The notes under the pieces are model-generated. The model was not told the DNA's origin and did not search any database. It saw only the letters and a list, made by a program, of their open reading frames with translations. The translations under genes and the position numbers were made by a program. Below are positions 7,715 through 17,424 of a DNA stretch of 64,000 nucleotides, piece by piece; within the stretch, counting starts at the first letter, position 1, and each line of letters begins with the position of its first letter. The stretch is from sequence record LC819008.1. One strand, given 5' to 3'.

Positions 7715-8929
7715 TTAGTCGTTGGTTTGCGGCTTGGCACGCTTTACTGCAGGCTTCTTGATCGGTGTTTTCTTCACCGGCACCGAAGCTTTCGACGGTT
7801 TCTTAGCCGCCGTGGTCGTGGCGGTTGCGCCGCCTTCACCCAGGAGCGTTACCTTGAAGCCGAACTTCTCGGCAAATGCCGCGGCTTGCTTCTGGGTAAG
7901 CTTCGACGTCATCGTCGGGTTCTTCAGACCGACCCCAGCAGCCATGCGGATCACCAGAGCATGCTCGATGATGCCCATGCTGCGAACCAGCTGGTCGAGT
8001 TTGATGGTCTTCGGGATCTCGATGGTCGGCTGTTTACGACGAGCGCCTGCCAGACGATCGATTGCCTTCTGGAGCTCCGAGCCTTCCGGAAGCGGAGACT
8101 TTTTACCGAACATCATGCCTGACAGATCCAGCTTCGAGACCGGAGTCACACCTCCTGAGCTTGCTGCCGTAGATGCGACGGGTCCCGACATGATCGCCAT
8201 ACCGGCGCCAGAAGACGTCGAGAGATCCGTACCACCTTGGGTCTGTCCAGCTTCTGCGAAGCCCGCCTGAGCCGTTTTAAGGCCCTCTGCGAACGTTCCT
8301 TGCTGGCCTTCCGTCAAGATCTTCGTATCCTTGAAGATCACGACGACGACATTGCCGATCGGACCGAGTTCCATGTACTGGATACGGTCGACCTGATCCG
8401 GATTTTCGTTGGCAGTGCCTTCGTAAACGCGGATGATTTCCTTTTGCTTCGTGTCGTAACCGACCCACACGGTGCTGCTGGAAACCTTGTGCAGGCCATC
8501 GGTCTGCGAAGCCTTCGGATCCGGATCGCGTTCGGTGACGTCATGCTCGACAACGAGACGACGCTTCCAGTACGAGATCGGTACTTCGACCGGCGTGTTG
8601 CTGCCGTCTTCCGGTTCTTGCTGAACCGAACGGATCGTCGGCGGGAAAGCTTCGTTGACCATCTTGCCATTGATGAGCTCGAACATCATGGCGTAATGTT
8701 GTTCCTGCGCCGAGCGAGCCTGACCGTGGAAGATCGGCGGTTCGTTCGTGTTGAAGCCGATGGTGTACTGCAGATATGGCAACGACTGGTGTTCGTCGTG
8801 GCCGACGGTCGTCGTGAGCTTCAGGTTCTGGCGAAGACACGCGAGCGACAGTTGCTGCTGCATCGACAGGATAGTTGCGATACGTGCCGCGGCTTCCGGA
8901 TTGGAAATGTTTTTGTTCAGGCTTTTCAA
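7715..8929 (-). CDS. Hypothetical protein with a Lys/Pro/Ala-rich basic tail
   Basis: TTG start after GGAG; ends AKKPSKASVPVKKTPIKKPAVKRAKPQTND. Confidence 0.75.
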   Translation of the reverse strand: MKSLNKNISNPEAAARIATILSMQQQLSLACLRQNLKLTTTVGHDEHQSLPYLQYTIGFNTNEPPIFHGQARSAQEQHYAMMFELINGKMVNEAFPPTIRSVQQEPEDGSNTPVEVPISYWKRRLVVEHDVTERDPDPKASQTDGLHKVSSSTVWVGYDTKQKEIIRVYEGTANENPDQVDRIQYMELGPIGNVVVVIFKDTKILTEGQQGTFAEGLKTAQAGFAEAGQTQGGTDLSTSSGAGMAIMSGPVASTAASSGGVTPVSKLDLSGMMFGKKSPLPEGSELQKAIDRLAGARRKQPTIEIPKTIKLDQLVRSMGIIEHALVIRMAAGVGLKNPTMTSKLTQKQAAAFAEKFGFKVTLLGEGGATATTTAAKKPSKASVPVKKTPIKKPAVKRAKPQTND

Positions 8930-8939
8930 AGCGAGCTCC

Positions 8940-9275
8940 TCAGTTTTGATAGGACAGGTCCGTCAGGCGAACGTATTTTTCGATGAACTGTTCGTCGTTC
9001 AGGATCTGGGTGACATCATCGGAAACGACAATCCAATCGCCCTTCTTGCACAGGACGACTTGTTCGTCGATTTCGAATTCGAGTTCGTCGACCGGGCGTC
9101 CGATCAACGACGTGATTTTGCGGCGGGCGAGATGTTTGCAAAAGAGGAAGGGGATCTCATCCGCATAGCCACGGTAACGGAAGGCGTAAACCTTCTGGAC
9201 CGTTTTAGGGACGAAAGCGTATTTCAGCATTTCGTCCTCTTCTTTCATTGCCAAACGTCTTTCTTGAGACATCAT
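8940..9275 (-). CDS. Hypothetical protein, PGDYG-like phage family
   Basis: KVYAFRY...KKGDWIVV...QFIEKYV resembles the common phage KPVVIEA...GDWII...FxxTY pattern. Confidence 0.5.
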   Translation of the reverse strand: MMSQERRLAMKEEDEMLKYAFVPKTVQKVYAFRYRGYADEIPFLFCKHLARRKITSLIGRPVDELEFEIDEQVVLCKKGDWIVVSDDVTQILNDEQFIEKYVRLTDLSYQN

Positions 9276-9505
9276 TCTCCCTTCAGGGGCGGAACGGTTT
9301 GATATTTGGCCAGATCGTGCACATACGTGAGGATCTGGTCATTGAGACCGTGCAGGTAGTACATCAGAAAGACTGTACAGACGAGCACGACTAGACCAAC
9401 GGCGCTGATGCGCTTGCGAAAATAAAGCTCGTTGCAAAACAGAACGAGACTGCTCAGCAACAAGAACCCGAGTGCGATGATGGCGAAGACTGCTTGCATT
9501 TTCAA
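9272..9505 (-). CDS. Small membrane protein with two predicted TM helices
   Basis: Hydrophobic stretches AVFAIIALGFLLLSSLVLFC and ISAVGLVVLVCTVFLMYYL. Confidence 0.7.
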   Translation of the reverse strand: MKMQAVFAIIALGFLLLSSLVLFCNELYFRKRISAVGLVVLVCTVFLMYYLHGLNDQILTYVHDLAKYQTVPPLKGE

Positions 9506-9570
9506 CTTCCTTTCTAATAATCAACTTATCAGGCCGTTCAATTGCTTTTTATTGCATTGGGTTCACGTAG

Positions 9571-9578
9571 GTAATATA
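9571..9578 (-). promoter_or_regulatory. phiKZ-type early promoter (TATATTAC)
   Basis: Exact TATATTAC on the minus strand, intergenic, just downstream of a terminator. Confidence 0.7.
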
Positions 9579-9606
9579 TCTCCAAAATAAACTACACATA
9601 AACACA

Positions 9607-9626
9607 CAGGGAGCCGAAGCTCCCTG
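9607..9626 (-). terminator. Hairpin terminator with UUCG loop
   Basis: CAGGGAGC-CGAA-GCTCCCTG. Confidence 0.7.
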
Positions 9627-9630
9627 CATG

Positions 9631-10638
9631 TCAGAACAGATCTTCAGAGAACAACGGCGTGACGCTAATTAGGTAACCTCGCTCATCCATATCACGCTCA
9701 CGCCAGATGCCGCCCATTTTGGGATCTTCCTGGTTAAAGAGTTTGGATGCGCAACGAGTCAGCATCACGGACATCGTAGGCGTATCGACGATCATCTTGT
9801 TATCAACCGCCATGAGCATTGCCCGATACCGTGTAACGAAATTGCCGTGATTCGTAAGAAAACCCTGGACTTCGTTTCGCTGCTGCCCGGCGTATGCTTC
9901 CTGGTATTCCCGGGACTGCAGGATGTGGTGATGACGATGCGGACGATCGACGTACCACACCACACCATCAACCCAATTCGCAGCCGCTACCGGATATTCG
10001 TTCTCGTGGTCAATCGTGGCTTCCACGGCACGAAGGATCGGAGTACCAAAGTCTTTGAGCAGACGGAAGTTCGTCTGGCTAAAGATTGCATTACGCAGCT
10101 TGTACAGCTGAGTAACATCTTCATCATTCTCGTCATAACGAATGATGGTCATCTGCATCGATGACTCCACGATATGCGAACACATCGTGCCTTCAGTCTT
10201 CTGCCACTTGCGAGGACCAGTCAAGATCGCAATGATCGGCTGCTCGACTTTCCAGAACACGCAGATGTACAGGATGTCGTATCCGAACAGTTCGCTGTTG
10301 ACGATATCCGAATACGGAGTACCATCCATCAGCACGAAGTCACGACCTTTCTTCTCCGGGTTCTGTCGCATGAACTGCTCGGCGACCAAGATCGCTCGCA
10401 TGCACAGCGATTCAGTTGTCTGAGGGTTCATGTCGTAAACCGGCTGAGTCAAACCACCCAGTCGGTAAACGTGCTTACAGCCCTTCACGAAACGATAGAG
10501 CAGATCGTTGATTTTCGGACCCAGACCAATCGCACCGCTAGGGTTCGCTCCCCAGTGACCGGAGAACTGCGCCGGATAGCGGAAGTTAGTCTTCTTGACC
10601 AGCCCGCTCAGGAGCTTTTCCGAGTTGTTTTGCGACAT
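9631..10638 (-). CDS. Hypothetical protein with a conserved phage C-terminal domain
   Basis: C-terminal RPHRHHHIL...QGFLTNHGNFVTR...LFSEDLF is a recurring phage domain of unknown function. Confidence 0.75.
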   Translation of the reverse strand: MSQNNSEKLLSGLVKKTNFRYPAQFSGHWGANPSGAIGLGPKINDLLYRFVKGCKHVYRLGGLTQPVYDMNPQTTESLCMRAILVAEQFMRQNPEKKGRDFVLMDGTPYSDIVNSELFGYDILYICVFWKVEQPIIAILTGPRKWQKTEGTMCSHIVESSMQMTIIRYDENDEDVTQLYKLRNAIFSQTNFRLLKDFGTPILRAVEATIDHENEYPVAAANWVDGVVWYVDRPHRHHHILQSREYQEAYAGQQRNEVQGFLTNHGNFVTRYRAMLMAVDNKMIVDTPTMSVMLTRCASKLFNQEDPKMGGIWRERDMDERGYLISVTPLFSEDLF

Positions 10639-11098
10639 GAGGAGTATGCTCCCTGTTCAGTGCTTTGCACCAGGCGTTGTAAGCCTGCCGCGCTGCGGGG
10701 AAGGCGAACAAGCCGCTGCGCACGGCTTTCGTTAGCGAGATGTGGCCTTTCATTGCCACTTCGAAATCGGCGAGGTTCTGGGCTTCGTTGGGGTTGTAGG
10801 GAATCAATCCCAGACGAACCACCATGTCATGAACGAAGTCCACGAATTCCGGATCAGGCCAACCCGTCTCGCGTGCTACGTCCATAAGAAGATCTTGACG
10901 CCACTTCCAGCCCATCAGGTAGGCCATGGCGTAGTAGTTCTCGACTTTGGGATGATCGTCGTCTTCTTCGACGACTGCTCCACCATTGAAGCGGACCGCT
11001 GCACCACAGAGGTTCGCAAACTCATGGAGGAAGCGTTGTTTGACTTCTTCCGACAACGGCGGATTGAAGGTATTGACTGTGGCTTCTTTGTAGAACAC
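10586..11098 (-). CDS. Hypothetical protein
   Basis: GTG 11098 after GAGG, downstream of a terminator; 3' end overlaps the next gene by 53 nt. Confidence 0.65.
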   Translation of the reverse strand: MFYKEATVNTFNPPLSEEVKQRFLHEFANLCGAAVRFNGGAVVEEDDDHPKVENYYAMAYLMGWKWRQDLLMDVARETGWPDPEFVDFVHDMVVRLGLIPYNPNEAQNLADFEVAMKGHISLTKAVRSGLFAFPAARQAYNAWCKALNREHTPHVAKQLGKAPERAGQED

Positions 11099-11129
11099 GG
11101 TTCGCCTCTCAAATGAAGCAAAAAAAAAA

Positions 11130-11154
11130 TGGTGAGAGGATTTCCCTCTCACCA
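11130..11154 (-). terminator. Rho-independent terminator
   Basis: TGGTGAGAGG-ATTTC-CCTCTCACCA with an adjacent A-tract. Confidence 0.8.
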
Positions 11155-11170
11155 CCAACGCGCTTCTCGC

Positions 11171-12595
11171 TTAAGCGCGCAGGAAAGCGTTCATCGCGTA
11201 GAACTTCAGCGACGGATCGAAGATCTGCGAGATCGTGCCGATCTTCCAGCGGTCTTCAGCCGGAATTTTGGCGATGAACTCGGGATCGCTCGGGTGCGAT
11301 CCGCCATTGGACATGGAGTCCATGACGAAGCGACTGCTGATGGCCGGACGATGCGGATTGAGCGACAGCATTTCCAGCGTACCGATGAGTGAATCGATGA
11401 CCGAACGCGACCAGCATTCCAGCGGAGTCGGCAGGAGCGAATCGTCTTGCAGGTCTTCGAGCCACTTGAAACCGACGTCGTGGAGTTCTTCTTCGTTCGT
11501 GAAGATCTCGTATTTTTCCGGCACCTGAATAGCGATCATCATTGCCAGGTGGTGCTTTTCGACATCACCCGACGCATAGTCGAGGAAGAACGTGGTGCGC
11601 TGATGCAGCCATTGTTCCGGCGAACACATTGCGTCCTGGGCACCTTGAGCGATCAGATCGACGATGTCTTTCGTTTCGTACACCACGCCGTCGTCGCTGT
11701 AGACACGCATCTCGACTTCTTCGCGCCCTTCGCGAATCACGTTGTTCATGATGCCGGTCCAGAAGCCTTCGCACAGCAGACGGCCCGAGAACGTGTTGAT
11801 GAGTTCGCTGCCGCCCGGGAAGGCATGCTTCACGAGCTTCGATTGCGTCGACAGGAAATCGTGCGGATTGATGTGGCCGCCCACGCCGACCGAACAGCCC
11901 AGTGCCAGACGTTCTTCGCCGACGCCCTTGCCGCGCTGATACACGAAGATGCGATAGCGCTTGCCGATCTTCTTGTAGAACACGATGTACGGCAGCAGCT
12001 GGATGTAGCGGCTGTCGTTTTCGCACCAGCCACGACGGATGAAGTTCAGGGCCCAGTAGACCGCTTCATTCAGTTCGTTCGGACGCACTTCTTCTTGCGG
12101 GACCATCGTCATCATGTCGATGAAGTCACGTGCGGCGATCGCCAGCACTTGTTCGACGGGTTTCTTCTGACCTTCGACCGAATCGCACAGATCGGTGTAG
12201 GTCGGCAGACGACCGAAGTCGTGTTCCTTCATCAGGTCGTGTTCGACCGGCGGCTTTTCGTCGACCATCAGCGGAATCTGGCCCGGGTAGAGCAGCGTAC
12301 CGAAAAGCGGAACCGGCGCGATGTCTTCCATGATCTGCTCGCCGAACTGGTTCTTGAACCCGAGCGACACTTGCCCGCCGATCGGCGTGATGACCGCGTT
12401 CTCGTCGTCGCGCATCTTCGCCGCGCGCTTGATGACCTCGGTGCTGACCGGCAGCAGCGGAACGTATGCCCGTGCCGACAGCGGAGGCGTTTGCGGATCG
12501 TCGATTTCGTCGAGTTGGTTTGCTGCGGGCGTGATCAGAACGCGAGTAGCCTGGTCAGCTGCTTCAGCTTGGTCGAATTTTTCTTGCAGAGACAT
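11171..12595 (-). CDS. NUDIX-family phosphoesterase (YmaB/COG4112-like) with a long N-terminal extension
   Basis: ENDSRYIQLLPYIV...FVYQRGKGVGEERL...SVGVGGHINPHD...IREGREEV matches the YmaB-like NUDIX pattern. Confidence 0.75.
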   Translation of the reverse strand: MSLQEKFDQAEAADQATRVLITPAANQLDEIDDPQTPPLSARAYVPLLPVSTEVIKRAAKMRDDENAVITPIGGQVSLGFKNQFGEQIMEDIAPVPLFGTLLYPGQIPLMVDEKPPVEHDLMKEHDFGRLPTYTDLCDSVEGQKKPVEQVLAIAARDFIDMMTMVPQEEVRPNELNEAVYWALNFIRRGWCENDSRYIQLLPYIVFYKKIGKRYRIFVYQRGKGVGEERLALGCSVGVGGHINPHDFLSTQSKLVKHAFPGGSELINTFSGRLLCEGFWTGIMNNVIREGREEVEMRVYSDDGVVYETKDIVDLIAQGAQDAMCSPEQWLHQRTTFFLDYASGDVEKHHLAMMIAIQVPEKYEIFTNEEELHDVGFKWLEDLQDDSLLPTPLECWSRSVIDSLIGTLEMLSLNPHRPAISSRFVMDSMSNGGSHPSDPEFIAKIPAEDRWKIGTISQIFDPSLKFYAMNAFLRA

Positions 12596-12668
12596 GGAAA
12601 ATCCTTATCTAAAAAGTACTACCGGTTTAGGTCAAACCATCCGGTCTTGTAGTAAAAAATAAATTGAG

Positions 12669-12692
12669 TCGAGATAGCCGAAGCTATCCCGA
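12669..12692 (-). terminator. Hairpin terminator with UUCG loop
   Basis: GATAGC-CGAA-GCTATC core, with an AT-rich tract downstream on the minus strand. Confidence 0.55.
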
Positions 12693-12707
12693 TCTCATTT
12701 TCAAAGG

Positions 12708-13289
12708 TTACGTCTTGGGAAAGTTAACGCGTTCCCCACGCTGCTTCTGAGCCAGATACATCCGGAATGCGGTGATCTGTTGCGAGAATCTTTCTCGCGC
12801 TTGTTGCGTTTGCCCATAATTGACCGCAATAGCCGTACAAGCATTTACGAGCTTTGCGAAATCGTTATCGAACCGCTTGTCTGCAAATGAAGCACGAATC
12901 CGGGTGACACCTTCTTCGTCGATCTGATTGTCAACGCCGTAACGCATTTGCATCGCCTTCCCTGAAGTCGAGGTAGCAATGTCATATCCGTCACGCCACT
13001 GGACCTGGCTGAGATTGTACAAATCTGAAGCACGAATCAAAATGACGAGATCGGGATCAAGTGGTCGCCGATTGATGACTTCCTTGGCATGATCTGACCA
13101 GACCATATGCTTGTTGTCCATATAGGACCTCAGCAGCTCATTGTCAGCCCACGCTTCTTTGTAGAACTTGTCCTGAGCAGCAACAGCTGTTCTGATTCGC
13201 TCTATCTCACGTTTGTGGTATTGTCGGACAATGATGAGCAGGATGATAAAAACGAGGCTGATTCCTCCGAACATCAGTCCATTTTGCAT
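12708..13289 (-). CDS. Membrane-anchored hypothetical protein
   Basis: ATG 13289 after GGAG; N-terminal TM LMFGGISLVFIILLIIV. Confidence 0.7.
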   Translation of the reverse strand: MQNGLMFGGISLVFIILLIIVRQYHKREIERIRTAVAAQDKFYKEAWADNELLRSYMDNKHMVWSDHAKEVINRRPLDPDLVILIRASDLYNLSQVQWRDGYDIATSTSGKAMQMRYGVDNQIDEEGVTRIRASFADKRFDNDFAKLVNACTAIAVNYGQTQQARERFSQQITAFRMYLAQKQRGERVNFPKT

Positions 13290-13325
13290 ATTTGAATCTC
13301 CGTTGTAAAAGGAAAACATAGTCCA

Positions 13326-13350
13326 CAGGATGAGGCATTGCCTCATCCTG
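13326..13350 (-). terminator. Hairpin terminator
   Basis: CAGGATGAGGC-ATT-GCCTCATCCTG. Confidence 0.7.
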
Positions 13351-13363
13351 GGAGAAGTCGTGT

Positions 13364-13792
13364 TTACTTCTTCTTGACGACCTTGACGGGAGCCGGCGCA
13401 ATTGCACCGATTACCACACCAGAGCGAATGTCGTCGTGACGCATCTTGATGAGGATGCGATTGCTACCAGTGACAGGTGGCAGGATGATGACGTTCGTCC
13501 AACCATCTACGTCGAGCACTTCACGAACGATGTTTGCGATGAAACGATCGTCCGAACCATCGAGACGGGAGAACAGATCGATCTCGTGTTCCTTGCCGAT
13601 GTACCAGGCGATTTCACCGATCGTGGGGTCGTACGAGTACAGGCCCAGCTTCAGTGCTTTGGCCAACAGGTCGAAGAATACATCCTTGACCTCTTGTTCC
13701 GACTTGAAACGACGGAACGGCTTACCGCTGAATTCGGTAAGCTCTTTCTTGAGCATCTTTTTGACTGCGTCGAGGGAATTCATGTCAACCAT
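13364..13792 (-). CDS. Hypothetical protein
   Basis: 142-aa ORF overlapping the upstream stop codon region. Confidence 0.7.
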   Translation of the reverse strand: MVDMNSLDAVKKMLKKELTEFSGKPFRRFKSEQEVKDVFFDLLAKALKLGLYSYDPTIGEIAWYIGKEHEIDLFSRLDGSDDRFIANIVREVLDVDGWTNVIILPPVTGSNRILIKMRHDDIRSGVVIGAIAPAPVKVVKKK

Positions 13793-14264
13793 TGTGGTTC
13801 TCTTCTTTCACGTAGATGATTTCTTTCGAATAGTTCTGGGCGTAGAACTTATTACCGCCGATTTCCAGAGCCTTACGCGCAGATGCGAGGAACTTCTCGA
13901 TTTCTGCGGTCGGCATGTAACCGAATTCAGAAATCGTACGCTTATAGCCGGCCTCGACCATAATCTCGACCTGGACTTCAGCGACTTTTTGAACTGCTTC
14001 ATCGTACGGCAGATAAACAATCTTGGCCACACGGATACGTTCGGTTTCAGGAGAGTTCGGCACATAGTTCACGCCGAATTCCGTCATTAGTCGAGCTGCT
14101 TCGTCGGTATACTTCTTCCGATCCACTTCAGTCAGATCAGTAAGGATATCCGACGAGATGATTCCGAGCCGATAGTCGCGACGAACGTTTTGTTCAGCTG
14201 CTTTCTGAATCGCTTCTTCCAGCGGATAGTACTTGTCTTCGATCGGTCGAATTTCAAACGGCAT
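13785..14264 (-). CDS. Hypothetical protein
   Basis: Start moved to ATG 14264 (MPFEIRP), GAGGAG SD. Confidence 0.7.
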   Translation of the reverse strand: MPFEIRPIEDKYYPLEEAIQKAAEQNVRRDYRLGIISSDILTDLTEVDRKKYTDEAARLMTEFGVNYVPNSPETERIRVAKIVYLPYDEAVQKVAEVQVEIMVEAGYKRTISEFGYMPTAEIEKFLASARKALEIGGNKFYAQNYSKEIIYVKEENHNG

Positions 14265-14314
14265 CAGCAAGCTCCTCAATTTTAAAAAGTTGGTATTCAG
14301 GTACAAAATAAAAA

Positions 14315-14339
14315 GCCCCGCTATGAAAAATAACGGGGC
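14315..14339 (-). terminator. Rho-independent terminator
   Basis: GCCCCG/CGGGGC stem with an adjacent A-tract. Confidence 0.55.
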
Positions 14340-14357
14340 CTAACATCACCTCCCTAA

Positions 14358-14732
14358 CTACTGGAAGGTCGGTTGTTGCTGTTGGAATCTACGATCGGGC
14401 GGAGTAGGCAGATCATGGATCGCCACTTGCCAGCGCCTGCTGAGTACATCCGGTAAGAACAGCGAGCGCTTTTCGCAATACGGATTGCCCCAATGATCCT
14501 TCTTGGGGACATCTTCCCAACCAAACTCGATTTTCGGAGCTTCAAACGTAGACGGCACATTTTCCATCGTACCGTTCGTCTGATCCACTTTACTTAAGAA
14601 AGCAAAGGGATAACCACAGTGGACGCAGAACATTCCTTGCGCCGCACGTCCTTCGAAGTTTTCGTTGCTGGATCTTACCGTCCAGTAATGTCCGTTATCG
14701 CAGAGGTACTCTGTGTAACCTTCGTAAGACAT
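14358..14732 (-). CDS. Putative zinc-binding protein
   Basis: CDNGH and CVHC motifs; GAGGAG SD. Confidence 0.65.
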   Translation of the reverse strand: MSYEGYTEYLCDNGHYWTVRSSNENFEGRAAQGMFCVHCGYPFAFLSKVDQTNGTMENVPSTFEAPKIEFGWEDVPKKDHWGNPYCEKRSLFLPDVLSRRWQVAIHDLPTPPDRRFQQQQPTFQ

Positions 14733-14778
14733 TTCTTAGCTCCTCTATCTGCGTAGAGCTAACTACGCAGACTTTCGT

Positions 14779-15135
14779 TTAAATGAAGTTATTACAAGGG
14801 TAGTACTCCAATTGCCCGGTGGTCCTACGATCCGGATAAACTTCGCTACTACTCGTACCACGAAACCCCGAGTACGATACCGATTTCAACTTGAAGACTT
14901 CTTCCCTGGTCAGGGGATTACCATGCTGGTCCATCTCAGCATGGATTTGGAATCGACGGAATGCTTCGTCGGCTGCTTTTTTCGTGTCCTCTGCTGCAAT
15001 GAGTCCACGTGACTCTGCGGTCAGCTGATATAAAAAACCACCTGGCTGAGCCGACTCCCAATGTTGTTTCTCTTGGGCAAACCGCTGCCGGAACCGGTCG
15101 ATTGATTCCTGGCGTTTCTGTTCCTTAGTCTTCAT
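14779..15135 (-). CDS. Hypothetical protein
   Basis: ATG 15135 (MKTKEQ); alternative start at 15189. Confidence 0.6.
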   Translation of the reverse strand: MKTKEQKRQESIDRFRQRFAQEKQHWESAQPGGFLYQLTAESRGLIAAEDTKKAADEAFRRFQIHAEMDQHGNPLTREEVFKLKSVSYSGFRGTSSSEVYPDRRTTGQLEYYPCNNFI

Positions 15136-15195
15136 TTTAAAAGGTATTCCTTTCAAACGTTTCAGGATATGACGGATTGTCCCCGTCATACCAGA

Positions 15196-15348
15196 TTACT
15201 TCAGGTGGTTCTTCTTCAGATGCTTTTTAATCCGAGCCTCTCTTGCAAGCAGCACCGGATCCACGTAGTGAGCAACAACGCTGCGCGTTACATCATGGCG
15301 CAAGTGCGAAGGTTTCGTCGTGCGCCGATTCTTCATCGCGTTTTGCAT
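15196..15348 (-). CDS. Small basic hypothetical protein
   Basis: MQNAMKNRRTTKPSHLRHD..., 50 aa; AAGGA upstream; overlaps the upstream gene end. Confidence 0.45.
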   Translation of the reverse strand: MQNAMKNRRTTKPSHLRHDVTRSVVAHYVDPVLLAREARIKKHLKKNHLK

Positions 15349-15784
15349 CTTCCCGTTCCTTGAGCGTTTGAGCTTCAAAGGAGCCTTCCGGATATTTACC
15401 CGGAATGCGATCAGGATACAGCCTCTTCAACCGGCGGATGTATTGCAACGCATGCCACTCGGTTACGAAGATCAGGTTTTGTGCCTCCGGCCATGCCGGC
15501 AAGGCGCGGAGTTCCGCTTTTTGCTGCGGAGTGTCCACGCCAAAGTCGGCGAAGTGGTGAGACTCCATTTCGTTGGTGTGTTTACGACCAACGATCTTCT
15601 TTCCTTCGAACCATTCAAACAGTTCGCCAAACGGCCGATTGGTCCCACGGCCATCGTCGAATGCATAGGGAACGGTTACGAAGATCTTCAGGATCTCCTC
15701 AGACATCGAATAACCGTTAACGAGATAAAGCTTCGCGCCTTTCTTGAAGTCTTCGAACTTAGCACGACCGGCTTTAGTTGCCAT
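15293..15784 (-). CDS. Hypothetical protein
   Basis: ATG 15784 (MATKAGR) after GGAGG, coupled to the upstream stop. Confidence 0.7.
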   Translation of the reverse strand: MATKAGRAKFEDFKKGAKLYLVNGYSMSEEILKIFVTVPYAFDDGRGTNRPFGELFEWFEGKKIVGRKHTNEMESHHFADFGVDTPQQKAELRALPAWPEAQNLIFVTEWHALQYIRRLKRLYPDRIPGKYPEGSFEAQTLKEREDAKRDEESAHDETFALAP

Positions 15785-16022
15785 CAGTATTGCCCTCCGT
15801 CGCAGCATTCGTCTTTTCAACGTATGCGTTGTACTGCTCGATCAGCAGGTTGATCGGGTTGCGTTTGATCGCGAGACCTTTGAGATCCAGATTCCGCGTA
15901 ACCTGCAACTCACGAATGAGATATCCCGGTCCAGTCAAAGCATGCAGAAGCTCCCCCAGAGCCTCCACATCTACGGATACCATCGCACGTTCTTCAACTT
16001 CTGCTGATTGCTGTTCCGACAT
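15774..16022 (-). CDS. Hypothetical protein
   Basis: 82 aa; GGAG SD. Confidence 0.65.
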   Translation of the reverse strand: MSEQQSAEVEERAMVSVDVEALGELLHALTGPGYLIRELQVTRNLDLKGLAIKRNPINLLIEQYNAYVEKTNAATEGNTDGN

Positions 16023-16044
16023 TTTCTTTCTCCGTTTTAAAAGG

Positions 16045-17403
16045 TTAGTCCATCAGGCGCGCAAAGTCCTCGGCTTCTTTGCGATCCATCTCCTCTTCCA
16101 GCTTCTCCACTTGCCGCAGGGTCATGAAGAGCTGGTGCTGGTGATCGCGAATCCACGCGACCATTTTCTTGATGTTAAAGACGTAGAAGCTTTCGAACTT
16201 ATCGTCATTCGGTCCATACAGCGTGACGAATCGTCCGAAATTACGTTGCACCATGAATCGATGCAACTTACCTTCATCGAGCCACTTACCCTGATTTTCG
16301 GGGCGACGACCCACCGAGTTCAGAATGCAGCTGACGAGACGGCTGAGATTGACAACGAAACGCTCGTCCTTGTTCAGATGAGGCAATCGAAGCGAATTTT
16401 CACGAGCGAACATTTCGATCGTAGCTTCTTCGGCAGCCAGGAGCTCGTCGATCGCAACCGGTCGATACTGCGGGAAGTCATCGCGCAGATCCACCGGACC
16501 ATCACCACGCTTGACAATCTTCCAGACATGATGCATGTTGTACTGGCGAGGTTCATCAAGGACGAACGCACTACCGAGAACACCCGGCTTGATTTCCTGC
16601 ATCACCAGCAGGTAATTGCGAGCCCCCATCACGACGATATGATCGACCGTGAAACGGTTGTTGCCGAGATGATCCGGATGTTCAGGATTGACTTCGACAA
16701 TGGTCCCTTTCGGAAAGTGAGCCGGGCCGTACTTGATGTCCATTTCCGTACGACCATGGCGGCCGAAACGCTTTTCGTAATCGATCAGCGTGTATGGATA
16801 CTTGTCTTCGAAGTCGTGAAGCCGCGGCAGTTCCGCCACACAAACGCCGTACGGATCCCTCAATGCCCAGAGCTCTTCACCAGGAATATCTTCATTCTCG
16901 ATCTTCCAGCCATCGGCACTCGTGTAGACGCCGAGTTTACGTTCAACGAACGTACGATGGAAACGCTCGTTCCAGATCACCTGTTCCCAATACTCGTTCG
17001 GGAGTATGAGACTCGATTGCATCCAGGCGTTCAACCAACGATCGAACAACTGAAAGTCGTCGACAGATCTAGCCTGGTCGCGCAGAAAAGCACGAGCATA
17101 ATTGATGTCGCCGTCCGCCATGTGCTTGGCTTTCTTCGTGATGCAGCGATGCACCTTCAGGCCCTGGCGCATGTATTTGATACTGATGTCCGACATGTAT
17201 TTGGCATCGAGAGACTTCGCGCCGTAAAGCACGCTGCTCGGAAGAGCAATTGCGTCGTGAATGATCTTGCGCATGTGATCCTCAAACTCACGGGTATCTT
17301 CAATTCCATGATTCGAAAACATCTGTTTCCGACTGTAATGAACCTCAGCTCGGAAAGGATCGAGTGCGTTTTCCATCAACATCTTCGAAATGTTCTTATC
17401 CAT
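16045..17403 (-). CDS. Hypothetical protein
   Basis: 452-aa ORF with GAGG SD; no family recognised. Confidence 0.75.
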   Translation of the reverse strand: MDKNISKMLMENALDPFRAEVHYSRKQMFSNHGIEDTREFEDHMRKIIHDAIALPSSVLYGAKSLDAKYMSDISIKYMRQGLKVHRCITKKAKHMADGDINYARAFLRDQARSVDDFQLFDRWLNAWMQSSLILPNEYWEQVIWNERFHRTFVERKLGVYTSADGWKIENEDIPGEELWALRDPYGVCVAELPRLHDFEDKYPYTLIDYEKRFGRHGRTEMDIKYGPAHFPKGTIVEVNPEHPDHLGNNRFTVDHIVVMGARNYLLVMQEIKPGVLGSAFVLDEPRQYNMHHVWKIVKRGDGPVDLRDDFPQYRPVAIDELLAAEEATIEMFARENSLRLPHLNKDERFVVNLSRLVSCILNSVGRRPENQGKWLDEGKLHRFMVQRNFGRFVTLYGPNDDKFESFYVFNIKKMVAWIRDHQHQLFMTLRQVEKLEEEMDRKEAEDFARLMD

Positions 17404-17424
17404 TCTTACCTCATTTTAAAAAGT

